From Thermoprotei archaeon (GTDB taxonomy: Archaea > Thermoproteota > Thermoprotei > QMSL01 > B3-G16): 27,618 nucleotides of DNA. Shown here in pieces: positions 8,929-18,712 of this stretch. Within the stretch, counting starts at the first letter, position 1. Each line of letters starts with the position of its first letter. The notes beneath the pieces were generated by a model. The model was not told the DNA's origin. It worked only from the letters and a program-made list of their open reading frames with translations, and did not search any database. The position numbers and the translations under genes are program-made. The DNA is taken from assembly GCA_021158375.1 (NCBI GenBank), contig JAGGUS010000174.1, forward strand, positions 1-27,618, read 5' to 3'.

Positions 8929-10351
8929 TTAACTGCCTTGTAAAAGAAAATAGGAAAAATAGCGGCTACTTTTTATTCTCATAAAGTATATTACAATCGC
9001 CGTTATAGCTACTACCAGGGCCACTATTACTCCTACTAGCGTCGTAGAAATCCTACCTTGATTAACGTTTTGGCTGGGCTGAGATGGGCTTTCAGAATTT
9101 GCTGTAAATGTCTTTGTTATTCCATTTACATCTACTGAGAGTGTGCCCTGAGTGTCCACAGTATACTTAAATGTAACTGTCGTGCTTTCCCCACTATCTA
9201 ACGTTACGTTTTTTACGTCTTCGATTTTACCATTTACCTTCAATGTAACCGTATAGTTTCCAGAGCTTCCGCCTATGTTTTTAACATCGACTGAAATAGT
9301 CACGTAGTCTCCTACTTTAACCGTAGATGGGTTAATCGATAAGTCCGTTATCTCGAATGATGCAGGAGCGTTTGCACGGACATGAATGATACTAGTCTTA
9401 TTGCAAAGTCTGACAGTATGATCTCCTTCGTTCTTTAAGGTTATCGTGAAGGATACTGTTTTAACATCGCCAGGATTTATGAGAGCTGTTTTACTTCCAA
9501 CGATCTTCCCATCTATGAAAAGTGTCGCATTATATATTGCAAATGACCCTCCTGTATTTGATATATCCATAGTGATAGTTACATTTTCATTGGGTTTTGC
9601 TTCTAAAGGATCAACTTTTATATCGCTAAAATGTACGTTAGGTAATTTTAACTGCTCGCTTAGAGTGATTGAAATCAATTCCCATTTAAACCACTCTTTA
9701 TGATCTAATGATTCGACATAAAGGTAAACTAATATTCCTCCGAATTGTGTTGGTGCGATCCAACCTTCAATAATCCATTGATATTCCTTGGGGTATCGTC
9801 TTATATGGAACGAACTTATACTTGTAGACTAGGAGTGAAGTGGAACCGAATTTCTTGATATCACTACCTATCAGTAACGTATATCCATATCGATAATGAT
9901 CCTGCCAGTATGTTAGCTTAGAGTAAGTCCATCTAACCCAAAGGTTATAGATCCAATTAGACCAAAACTCTTGAAAAGCAATCCCCGCAGCTTGTGCATA
10001 CTGGCCTGAAAATGTAGTATCACCGATTTTAGCTTTCATATACATTCCTGTTTCTTTTGAAATCCACAGAGTTGCATTAGTCGTTTCGCTCTTAGTGCTA
10101 TAGAACACGTTGACTACCTAACATTCCTCGCCATTGAGACTTTCCTCGCCAACTAGTTTGTAACTTAGCGTTACTCTATTGCCTTTATGATCTGAGAACC
10201 TTCCTGAAATTTGAGAAATAGCCTTAAGTAAATCGGAAACTTTCGCTATATTAGCTAGTTCATTATTGCCCTGGCCATAATTCATGTTTACTTGAATATT
10301 TACTAGTAGTATTAATATGCTCAGTACCGAAAATATCACCAAATTTTTCAT
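8929..10351 (-). pseudogene. Secreted, C-terminally anchored surface protein with two CARDB/Ig-like domains, split into three ORFs
   Basis: Signal peptide MKNLVIFSVLSILILLV. An in-frame TAG at 10118-10120 (EEC*VVNVFY) joins 10351-10118 to 10108-9767. A one-base frameshift at the C4 run (plus-strand GGGG 9790-9793) joins this to PKEYQWIIEGW...LISITLSEQ and the 9678-8929 ORF. That ORF has two repeats of the type V.N.GG..G.Y..TL..G and a C-terminal TM helix. Confidence 0.8.
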
Positions 10352-10813
10352 TAACTCTTCCTCTACCGGATAGTAGTGATGCAGTTATATTTCACTGCTA
10401 GAACTAAAAACCCATCCTAAGTAAAACAATAGCATATATTATGTAGACATGTTGTTTCGTTCTTTTAGTTATTCAGTTTCTAGGGTCATACTGAAGTGTA
10501 CAAAAACATCCATATTCGGAGTATGTATGGCCGTAGTTGGAATTAGTAAGTTACTTCAAGAAATTTTAGTGCTTTGAGGAAAGAAGCTTTTAATATACGC
10601 ATATACTGTCTTGAGGAAAGAAACTGAATGGCCATAGTTAGAGAAGTTCTAGAGTACATCAATTAGAGGAAGCTTACAGAGGAAGAACGAGAGAAGTTAG
10701 AATCCATTAGAGCTAAGCTTAAACACGCAACTCGTAAATAGGGGCCTTTAATGTTTTATGACGCGAACCCCTATTATGAAAGGTATTCACGCATATCTCA
10801 CATTGTGTTTAAT

Positions 10814-11221
10814 TTATTTGGTGACTACCTCGATACCTATCCTTTCTATAAGACCAGATTTTGATATAATATCTTTGTCAAATGTTGCGAAGCGAGGAGC
10901 ATTCATTATCTTACAGGTTGCTATATGGAGTAGGTCGAGTGTTCGGAGCCTTAAAAGTTTAGCTAACTTAAAAGCACGTATCAATACTTCGTTAAAGTTT
11001 ATGTCAACAACTCTTATGCCAGCGTACTTTACGGAGTATATGGCAAGAGCCAAAGGGTCCTCTAGATTAGCCCTAGAGTATACTGAGGCAAGCTCTATTA
11101 GCGTAAGCTTACTAGCAACTTTATCTTCTTTTGATGATCGGAGGAGATCTACAGCTTTGCTATGGTTTGGATCTAGGTCATCGATAAACGCTATGATAAC
11201 ATTAGTGTCGATGTACATCAT
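10814..11221 (-). CDS. vapC: PIN-domain ribonuclease toxin
   Basis: YIDTNVIIA, LTLIELA, LRTLDLLHIA and ATFDK; ATGA overlap with the upstream RHH gene. Confidence 0.92.
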   Translation of the reverse strand: MMYIDTNVIIAFIDDLDPNHSKAVDLLRSSKEDKVASKLTLIELASVYSRANLEDPLALAIYSVKYAGIRVVDINFNEVLIRAFKLAKLLRLRTLDLLHIATCKIMNAPRFATFDKDIISKSGLIERIGIEVVTK

Positions 11222-11469
11222 TTAATCCGATCCTCCTCTAATAGTTTCGAAAGGCCACCATGTCTAATTTTATATCTTCTTCTTTCAAGCTCCTTAACCT
11301 TCTCATATACACGATCCCAGAACTCTACTTCTTTAAGAACCTCTTTAATTCCTCTTTCAATCATTACATTAAATGCATGTGATCTGCTTCTAGCAATTCC
11401 GTATTTGATCATTTTATCAGCAAGCTCAACAAGCTCCTTACGCACTTTAATAGACACAGTAACCGACAT
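11218..11469 (-). CDS. vapB: Ribbon-helix-helix antitoxin
   Basis: MSVTVSIKVRKELVELADKMIKYGIARSRSHAFNVMIERG and a tail GLSKLLEEDR. Confidence 0.85.
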   Translation of the reverse strand: MSVTVSIKVRKELVELADKMIKYGIARSRSHAFNVMIERGIKEVLKEVEFWDRVYEKVKELERRRYKIRHGGLSKLLEEDRIK

Positions 11470-11473
11470 ATAT

Positions 11474-11520
11474 TAGGTACACCATGTAATATAGGTATTC
11501 CTATTATTATTTAAGCTTTT
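11474..11520 (-). promoter_or_regulatory. BRE-TATA and candidate operator of the RHH-PIN operon
   Basis: Minus-strand AAAAGCTTAAATAAT, followed by TACCTA twice (plus TAGGTA 11474-11479 and 11492-11497) and the palindrome ATAGG-TATT-CCTAT (11491-11504). Confidence 0.45.
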
Positions 11521-11664
11521 ATTCTACACCCTAGCAGAAGAATAGAAAGCTATTACGCATGGTAGATACAAGAGAGGAAGCAATCCCAAGATACATAACA
11601 GATGTTAAATACAGCTCTATAGTTGCTCATAGCGTTCTAATTTTAATAAGAGTCTCTACACTCC

Positions 11665-12151
11665 TTAAAAATTCGTGATATCGGGGAGTTTAAAGCCTAA
11701 TTGGCGTACTTCTTTCTCTGCCGGCTTTCTCACCTTTAGGACTGTATTTAGTATCCATGCTGCTTCCTTAGGATTCACATCTCGGCTCTTGAACCAGAGT
11801 AAACTGAAACATGCTTCTAAGTAGCCATTAAGGGCCTTTAAATCCTTCACCTGCTCAAATAGATATTTGTCTCCCTTCAAGTTCCCGCCGCAGTTTATTC
11901 ATCCAGTGTCTCAAGGGGACATAGGCCACATCGACTTTATAGTCCAACTCCTGTATGTTTTCCCTTTAAGGTCTATCTCCCTCACTAACTATGACACATG
12001 TATCAATATCGGATATCTCGCGAACATTTCCCCTAGCAACAGATCTTACTATAAGTACTGCGATTATATTTCACCTACTTTTGACTAGTCTCTCACAGAC
12101 ATACTGACCAGCTCTTCTCATAACTTTTAGTCTATCATTCAAGCAATTCAA
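11665..12151 (-). pseudogene. Nucleotidyltransferase-domain protein pseudogene
   Basis: From TTG 12151: LNCLNDRLKVMRRAGQYVCERLVKSR*NIIAVLIVRSVARGNVREISDIDTCVIVSEGDRP*RENIQELDYKVDVAY. The motif glycine is mutated (GS to RS), there are two stops, and a frameshift leads into the 11880-11665 ORF. Confidence 0.7.
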
Positions 12152-12300
12152 GACCTACCCCAGTCCAGCAATCTGTGTAGTATTATCTAAAATGTATCAT
12201 TTTATCATGCAGTAATATCCTTATGTAACGAATTAGCGAAGTGGATTGCAGGCTTACAATAAGGATTTCAACGTAAAATTAAATACCTAGCGCTATAGAA

Positions 12301-12324
12301 TTAGTATTTGGTGATTAGTATTTG
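12301..12324 (+). promoter_or_regulatory. Candidate operator (tandem TTAGTATTTG)
   Basis: TTAGTATTTG at 12301-12310 and 12315-12324, just downstream of a TATA-like AAAATTAAATAC and overlapping the antitoxin start. Confidence 0.4.
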
Positions 12325-12576
12325 CCAGTTAGAAGAAAAATTCATGCAGGTCAAGTGTATCTTGGTAAAGAAATACTGAACGCCCTTGGAATTAAAGATG
12401 GTGATGAGGTAGAACTAGAAGTTAAAGAAGGTAAAGTAGTAATAAGACCTGTTAAAGTTATTGATAAGGATACGCTAGATCTAATAAGGTTATTAAGGGA
12501 AGTTAAAACTAGTGGTAGTCGTGAAGATTACTTTGAAGAGTATGATTATGAAGATGTAGGTGGCTGGAAGAATTGA
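12322..12576 (+). CDS. vapB: AbrB/MazE/SpoVT-family antitoxin
   Basis: RRKIHAGQVYLGKEILNALGIKDGDEVELEVKEGKVVIRP and an acidic tail; 4-nt overlap with the PIN gene. Confidence 0.88.
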   Translation: MPVRRKIHAGQVYLGKEILNALGIKDGDEVELEVKEGKVVIRPVKVIDKDTLDLIRLLREVKTSGSREDYFEEYDYEDVGGWKN

Positions 12577-13052
12577 GAATCTTTATTGATACGCAATTAT
12601 GGGTTTATGCATTTAAGAAGCCACAGAAGGAGAAATTTAAAGATAAGGAAGAATATGAGGAAGCACTTCAGATGCATAATAAGGCCAATGAGTTTATACA
12701 GCGTGCACTAATGGATCATATAATATACCTTACTACTCATCAACTAGCTGAAATATTTCATGCACTAGCATTTAGAGGAATCAAAATGAGTAAGAAAACG
12801 GCATTAAACATCATAGATAAGATATTGAGGAGTTCAAAGACTGTGTTGATAGACGTTAAGAGGAGCCATTATAAGGAGGCATTGAGGTTAAGTAGTTTAT
12901 CAGGGATACACATATGGGATTATTTGTGCATAGTCCCGTTGAAGGGAATGATAGATGTAGCTCATACTAATGATAAACACTTCCTCCATCCTACTATAAA
13001 GAGCTTAGTACCTAAGATAGACAATCCCATAGGGAAATGGTTAGTAATATGA
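12573..13052 (+). CDS. vapC: PIN-domain ribonuclease toxin
   Basis: IFIDTQLWVYA, HQLAEIFH, IHIWDYL and HTNDKHF. Confidence 0.9.
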   Translation: MRIFIDTQLWVYAFKKPQKEKFKDKEEYEEALQMHNKANEFIQRALMDHIIYLTTHQLAEIFHALAFRGIKMSKKTALNIIDKILRSSKTVLIDVKRSHYKEALRLSSLSGIHIWDYLCIVPLKGMIDVAHTNDKHFLHPTIKSLVPKIDNPIGKWLVI

Positions 13053-13065
13053 AGGGTGTATAAGT

Positions 13066-13167
13066 ATAGGATAGATTTGCTCCACACCTTGGGCGCATGG
13101 TTGAAGTACCTTTAGGATTAACAAATATTACCGGCACGCCGTATTCTATCGCTTTAGTTATAATTAG
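13066..13167 (-). pseudogene. tnpB: Short tnpB fragment (zinc-finger region)
   Basis: LIITKAIEYGVPVIFVNPKGTSTMRPRCGANLSY matches the TnpB A.EYGVPV..V.P..TS..CP.CG motif, with the first Cys lost. Confidence 0.7.
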
Positions 13168-13212
13168 AGCGCATGCTCTAGATTACATGTTGATCAGACC
13201 GAGATAGGTAAA

Positions 13213-14877
13213 TTATCCACTATTATACCTCTCTATGAAGATGGGCTCTTCGCTGACCTTTAGGCTGAGCACCCCATACATGGTTTCATATATTCTAGTT
13301 TTCCCAAAAAGGTTAGTAACCTTAACCTTACTCCAACCTACTCTTAGGGCTATTTCATTTTCACCTCCAAAGGACCATACTACATACTTCCTGCTTTTTT
13401 CGTTTACGAACTCCACTATAATCACATTATCCTTGATAGTATAGTTCTTAACAACATAATCGTGTAATATTCTCGCTGTGTTATATATGGCAAAATATGC
13501 TGGCTTTATAAGTCTCAACCCTGCGGATTCGTAATCCGCTATTAAGCCGAAATTATGTTCAGCATTATTTATATCTGGGCCATCATCCTTCCAGTCGTAA
13601 ATTATCGTTATAGGTATTCCTTCCATTAAATTCGTTATGTACATCCTAACCACATAAGCTGCCTGCCTTCTCATAGAGATCCCATTAGACCATGTGCTGT
13701 ATCCCCACTCGCTACATACTATCGGAAGATTAAGTCCATATTTGGCTAGTATCTCTCTAAGTTTCTTATAATCTGTAAGTACAGTCTCCGGAATATTATC
13801 CCTATACGGGTGTACCGAAATAGCATCAATTCCTCTTAATGCCCCTATCTTTAATAACTTCTCGATAAACTCTAAATCAACACCTGAGGTCGCTGGCGCG
13901 ATTACGACAGCATTCGGATTAGCTGAGCGGATTGCCTTCAGTGTCGCCTTAAGTAATTCGGCATATTGCGTAGCGTTTGGCTTTGGCTTCCAGAAAACCT
14001 CTATGTTCGGTTCATTCCATACTTCCCATATAATATTACCCTCCTTATCTAGTCTACTGACTACATACATGGCATACTCGGCAAATGCTCTTACTCCTAG
14101 TTCACTGCTAGGAGGGAGCCCATTATCATAAAGTGGATTACCATAATCTAAGATGAAAAGCGGTCTCATACCTCTTTTAAGAAGCTCTTGAGCTAACTGA
14201 ATATATCCATCTAAATTGTATTCCTTGGGACTACGCTCTACATGGCTCCAGAAAAGATCCATCCTGACAATGCTGATTCCAGCTAGATGCATCATGTCTA
14301 AATCAATCTTCCTGGGAAGAACGAAATGTATGTTGACTCCAAGGCCGTAGGGCACCTTAAGCAAGGGAAACTTAAAAGAAGACCTATTTCCCATCTTAAA
14401 GGGCTCCATTACTGCGATAATCCACGGATATTTCTCATAATTATACTTAGGGTTAGTATTCGATGTATACACTTTATCTCCAATATGAAGTTGCACTAGA
14501 TAAAGGCCTATTGGAAGTTCTCTCGTATTAATTTCCACTCTCACTTTCTCCATACCATCCAGCGCTGGCCTAACTCTTCGTTTAACAAGCCTCATAACTA
14601 ATGAGTAGTCATCATAATTGAGCAAATCGATCTCCAATACCTTTCTACTAAGGCTGGAATACCTTATAGCGAATTCTAATACTGCAACTTCCCCTCTTAT
14701 GAACCAATTTTTACCTATCTTATGCGTGCCTATATAAACTAGTTTTACTTCTGTATTCGGCATCATTTTTACCAGATATGTTATGGAGATTAAAGAGATG
14801 GCTAAAAGGAGACCTATCAGGGCTACTATATCCATTGCCCTCAAGACCCCCTTATGATTCTGATACTTTCTATGCAC
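13213..14877 (-). CDS. Membrane-anchored clan GH-A glycoside hydrolase (GH39/GH5-like)
   Basis: N-terminal TM helix (DIVALIGLLLAISLISITYLV), VRMDLFWSHVE, acid/base WEVWNEPN, ISVHPY, nucleophile CSEWGYS and HNFGL. The start could be 14835. Confidence 0.8.
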   Translation of the reverse strand: MHRKYQNHKGVLRAMDIVALIGLLLAISLISITYLVKMMPNTEVKLVYIGTHKIGKNWFIRGEVAVLEFAIRYSSLSRKVLEIDLLNYDDYSLVMRLVKRRVRPALDGMEKVRVEINTRELPIGLYLVQLHIGDKVYTSNTNPKYNYEKYPWIIAVMEPFKMGNRSSFKFPLLKVPYGLGVNIHFVLPRKIDLDMMHLAGISIVRMDLFWSHVERSPKEYNLDGYIQLAQELLKRGMRPLFILDYGNPLYDNGLPPSSELGVRAFAEYAMYVVSRLDKEGNIIWEVWNEPNIEVFWKPKPNATQYAELLKATLKAIRSANPNAVVIAPATSGVDLEFIEKLLKIGALRGIDAISVHPYRDNIPETVLTDYKKLREILAKYGLNLPIVCSEWGYSTWSNGISMRRQAAYVVRMYITNLMEGIPITIIYDWKDDGPDINNAEHNFGLIADYESAGLRLIKPAYFAIYNTARILHDYVVKNYTIKDNVIIVEFVNEKSRKYVVWSFGGENEIALRVGWSKVKVTNLFGKTRIYETMYGVLSLKVSEEPIFIERYNSG

Positions 14878-15222
14878 TTTCCAATACTCGATAATTGCAC
14901 CTCCTTGTCCTCTAACGTCTCCCGCAAGTACTAGGCTTAATTACGTCTTCTCTACGATATAAATATTAATTCTTGTTCTCCAGCAGCTTATCCTCCAGGA
15001 ACATAATGAGGTCTACATTTTTCATTATGCCTCTCACTTATCTTTAGCGTTGCTATTGGACATAGCTATTATTTTAATATGCAGTACTAGGAATTCTCGG
15101 TCATTTTTCATCTTTTCTAAGTCTTATTTTCCAACAGCTATTACTTTCTTTAATTGAAGTCTGACAAACTTTAATGTGAATTGACAAGAAGAAAGCGTCA
15201 ATACATTAGTTTAATAAGGTAA

Positions 15223-16233
15223 TTACTTGCTCTTTGTCCCTTCTTCTAATCGTGTTAATATTCTAGGATAGAATTCTTCGAAAGATAAATCGCTATCTAA
15301 ATATTCTTTAAGAGCTTCGTAAAATATCCATATGTACTTGAAGCCCACGCGCTCCTGGTTCTTTAAGTAAGAAATGACTTTCTCTTCAGGAGCTTTGTCA
15401 TAAAGAGTCATGAGGAGGGCCTCAGTAGCCCTTATTATATGCTCGTTTAAGGCTATTTCCCAAGTTCCGTAAGCCAATCGCATCATCTGCTCCTTTATGT
15501 CACTGAAGAGATAGGCGTATTTGCCCACAAGCTCCTTATATTTCTCTGTTATAGAGTTAACGAAAAGATGCATGAATTCGTGCCTTAGGAGATGCCTTAA
15601 ATGGAAATCTATTCTTCCGAAAAAGGGAAAGCCATTAGATATCTTCCAGGGACCAATGAAGGTGAACATCGAATCATCTAACATATAACCGTACCCGATA
15701 GTTTCGCGAAATAATGGAGCGAGTATCACATAGGCCTTATATCGAAGCTCGCCAGCTCTGAAGAACTCCCTTAGTTGTTGCAGGATCTTCCTGATCTCAT
15801 TCACCCTTATCTCAGATCTGGTCACTACTTCCCTGTAAAAATCACCTTGACTTTCCCAGAACCCTAAGAAATTCGACTCGTTGACAAATCCCCTGAGTTC
15901 TTTTACGAACTTTTTAAGTATGTTCTCGCCACCAGCTCTTCTGATATGATAATTCGAAAATTTCTTAATTACTCTAAGATCAGGAGGCTCCGAGAGGTGC
16001 ATAACGAAGCCTACGGGGGCATCATAAGTAAATCCTGTACTCACAAGTTTTTGACAAATCTTGATAGCTTGATGGTTTCTATAAGGACTGAACCATTCGA
16101 GGACGGCTCTCTTATATGGATAGAAGAACGAGTCCTCAATGACCATTCCATGAAGTTTCCACGATGTGAAAAGCTGGATTATCGACAAGAGCTCAATTCT
16201 ACTATCAACTTTAACATAGATATTATCCATCAT
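15223..16233 (-). CDS. DUF4932-like putative zinc metallopeptidase
   Basis: N-terminus VKVDSRIELLSII, HEFMH (HExxH) and downstream ALNEHIIRA (gluzincin-type third ligand). Confidence 0.7.
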   Translation of the reverse strand: MMDNIYVKVDSRIELLSIIQLFTSWKLHGMVIEDSFFYPYKRAVLEWFSPYRNHQAIKICQKLVSTGFTYDAPVGFVMHLSEPPDLRVIKKFSNYHIRRAGGENILKKFVKELRGFVNESNFLGFWESQGDFYREVVTRSEIRVNEIRKILQQLREFFRAGELRYKAYVILAPLFRETIGYGYMLDDSMFTFIGPWKISNGFPFFGRIDFHLRHLLRHEFMHLFVNSITEKYKELVGKYAYLFSDIKEQMMRLAYGTWEIALNEHIIRATEALLMTLYDKAPEEKVISYLKNQERVGFKYIWIFYEALKEYLDSDLSFEEFYPRILTRLEEGTKSK

Positions 16234-16553
16234 ATATTCTCGTAGCAGTTCTAATATTGTTAAGTTTAATAAACATTATGTTCCTCAACATGAAATGCTT
16301 CCAAGACTTCTCTATGTGAAAGCTGTCGAGGCTTAGGAGACAATCTTGAAATCATAAGGTGCAGTACTTCAAAGTGAAGGTTACAATATGCTACTGATAT
16401 TAAGCTTTTAATCTTACTTGACATCTAACCAGGTCATCTCCTCAACATACTAGGAAATACTTTGGTGAGATATGGTGAGATAGAAGGGTCTGAAAGAAGA
16501 ATGTCGTGCCGTCTAGCTAGTACTTCGGTGTTCTTCAATTTAAATTATGACTC

Positions 16554-18050
16554 TTAAGAGAGGTGTATGTAGATTTTAGCTCGAGGATCCTCTTTCTCTA
16601 GCTTAAATGAGACTATTCTGTGGTATCCGTCCAGCCCTATAACATTCTTACCCTTCTTAATCCTATATTGTTCTTCCTCAGCTTGACAAGCAGGTAGTGA
16701 GAGGTCGTATTCATACACTTTTAGCATGTTTTCTTTGGTGGAGCTAATTATGAGTATGGGATTATCATAGCCCCAGAGTGGTATGCCTCCCCATGCTGAA
16801 GAGCCAATCATGCTCCCAGGTATTACAAAGCTTACAGGCGGAGGAGGAGAATAGAGGAGTGCCGAAGTGCTAACCACTAATATGTCTCTATGCCCCACAT
16901 CTATGGGGCTCGCATCTAAGGCCATGAGATTGGCTGTATCCGTTGTACCCAGAAGCACTTTATCTCCAACCTTCTCTATAGAGGTTACCCTAGCGCCTAA
17001 GGCACCAACTATCCGAGCCATAGGCGGCGTTATATAGACTAAAACTGTTGGGCCTACGGTAGTATTGAGGGTCTTAAGGAGTTCCTTCTCCCAAGGATTT
17101 CTCGCATGTACAATACCGTGTGTGAAGGAATTAAATGCTGTAAGAATTCCTCCGCCTAATGGTAGTGCAACGGTTCTTGTAGGGGAATAACCTGACTTAA
17201 CGAAATCAAAGAGCCTTATGAACCTAAGTGGCTCCACGCTAGGATCAACAGGATTTCCCACAAGCACACCTCCCTTTACGAACATAAAGAACCTAGCATA
17301 TGCCGAGCTTGCACAACCGGATAGTGGTTGTTCCGTACCATGTCCGTCCACACTTATTTTAGCATAATCGTCTATCAATCTCTTAGTCCATTTACCTGTC
17401 ACCATGTCCATACATTGAATACCTTCAACTCCCTTGCTCCAGTCTCTCATGATATCGAAACATACATAGTCTAGGTATGTGCTACCCTTTAGCCCTGGAT
17501 CCTCGCTCAGCTTTTCCTCCTTTCCGCTCTTCCTATCTAGAGCGTAAATCCCTAGGTGTTCGTGCCCATCAGCTCTAGCTATTATGAGCCTATCATCCAC
17601 GGGATTGTATACTATCTCCGAGACCTCACCTGCCCACTTCTCCTCATGCTCTATCGTATCCTTCCATAATAATTGTACTTCATCTTCGAGTATATCATAT
17701 ACATGTACATGGCTAAACTTGTTGTAAAAGAGAATAATTCCTCCATGATCTTTCCTTCCACCATAAATGGCAGGTGCATGAACCCATCCACCAAAATAAA
17801 TCTTGTCATCAACAACCTCGACTGCACTATACGTATCTCCACCTGATCTAGGACCAGGACCTTTGCCTACGTGTTCAAATCTGTAGACTTTCTCGCGATC
17901 ATCTCTGATGAAGTGGGCCTCGGCTTCGAATGCCAGTGTGAAGTAAAGCACTCCCTTATGGTATCTAAGCCCGAAGATTCCTCCTGAACCCCATTCTGGG
18001 CCATAGCGTGGAGGGAACCTGTATAATTTTTCGTATACGGACATATCCAT
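16554..18050 (-). CDS. Conserved archaeal protein, DUF2139-like
   Basis: Intact 498-aa ORF. The N-terminus FPPRYGPEWGSGGIFGLRYHKGVLYFTLAFEAEAHF is recalled as the DUF2139 signature; beta-rich. Confidence 0.65.
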   Translation of the reverse strand: MDMSVYEKLYRFPPRYGPEWGSGGIFGLRYHKGVLYFTLAFEAEAHFIRDDREKVYRFEHVGKGPGPRSGGDTYSAVEVVDDKIYFGGWVHAPAIYGGRKDHGGIILFYNKFSHVHVYDILEDEVQLLWKDTIEHEEKWAGEVSEIVYNPVDDRLIIARADGHEHLGIYALDRKSGKEEKLSEDPGLKGSTYLDYVCFDIMRDWSKGVEGIQCMDMVTGKWTKRLIDDYAKISVDGHGTEQPLSGCASSAYARFFMFVKGGVLVGNPVDPSVEPLRFIRLFDFVKSGYSPTRTVALPLGGGILTAFNSFTHGIVHARNPWEKELLKTLNTTVGPTVLVYITPPMARIVGALGARVTSIEKVGDKVLLGTTDTANLMALDASPIDVGHRDILVVSTSALLYSPPPPVSFVIPGSMIGSSAWGGIPLWGYDNPILIISSTKENMLKVYEYDLSLPACQAEEEQYRIKKGKNVIGLDGYHRIVSFKLEKEDPRAKIYIHLS

Positions 18051-18455
18051 CAGCAGAATTAAGGAAATTTACTGAGATTATAAAATTTTCTATTTATTAA
18101 ATCATAAAGTCAAACACTTTACACTCCATATCACATCTGAAAATCTCTACATAGGCATCTACCTCTTGCTCTTCATTTACATAGTGCTTTATCTTTATTG
18201 ATAGTATTGCCACTTCATGCACTTTGATTTCGATGAGTGAGATTACCTTGTTTTTAATGTTTCCTCTAGTAAGGGGAACCTTTACTTTGTTAAAACAGAC
18301 ATCTACTCCACTACATCTACGCACATTTCGATAACACTCTCATAGCTAAGGGATAAGGGATGATGAAGGCGAGTTAGCTTAGGATAAGTTCGATGTTATA
18401 AGGTATGCTGAAAAATGATCTGTTGCATATCACTTTAGGCTAAGGTATAGCTTGC

Positions 18456-18557
18456 CTAGCACTGTCTAGATGACCAAAGTACTCCCTTTGGTACATCGTC
18501 TGAGATTATAGCCATCAATTCTACCTCTCCTTGTTCATTGTAGAGTATAACATGACC
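18456..18557 (-). pseudogene. Remnant of a molybdopterin-oxidoreductase C-terminal domain
   Basis: GHVILYNEQGEVELMAIISDDVPKGVLWS resembles the V...N.RG.V...A.VS..V.PGVV motif; flanked by stops. Confidence 0.45.
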
Positions 18558-18712
18558 TTAACAAGTATTGATTTATGCACTACTACTAATCATTACGCTA
18601 ACGATAACTATAGCTAAGAAAACGAATCTCAAAGACATGTGTTAGTCTAGCTAAATATAAGAGGAGTGATTATATTTAAATGTGAGTGATACATCATCGG
18701 AGGACATCAATA

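Noticed and set aside
10576-10742. Repeated TTGAGGAAAGAA and a short interrupted ORF (MAIVREVLEYIN*RKLTEEE)
   Set aside because: Only two copies and no assignable family.
1634-12080. Stop-codon reassignment or pyrrolysine read-through to explain in-frame stops
   Set aside because: The internal stops include TAA, TAG and TGA and co-occur with frameshifts and deletions, and intact genes end on all three stops. Ordinary decay explains them better.
16462-16483. Tandem TGGTGAGATA duplication
   Set aside because: A two-copy 10-mer in degraded intergenic DNA, not positioned at a promoter.
18097-18324. 75-aa minus-strand ORF upstream of the DUF2139-like gene
   Set aside because: No recognisable motif or ribosome-binding site; probably eroded sequence.
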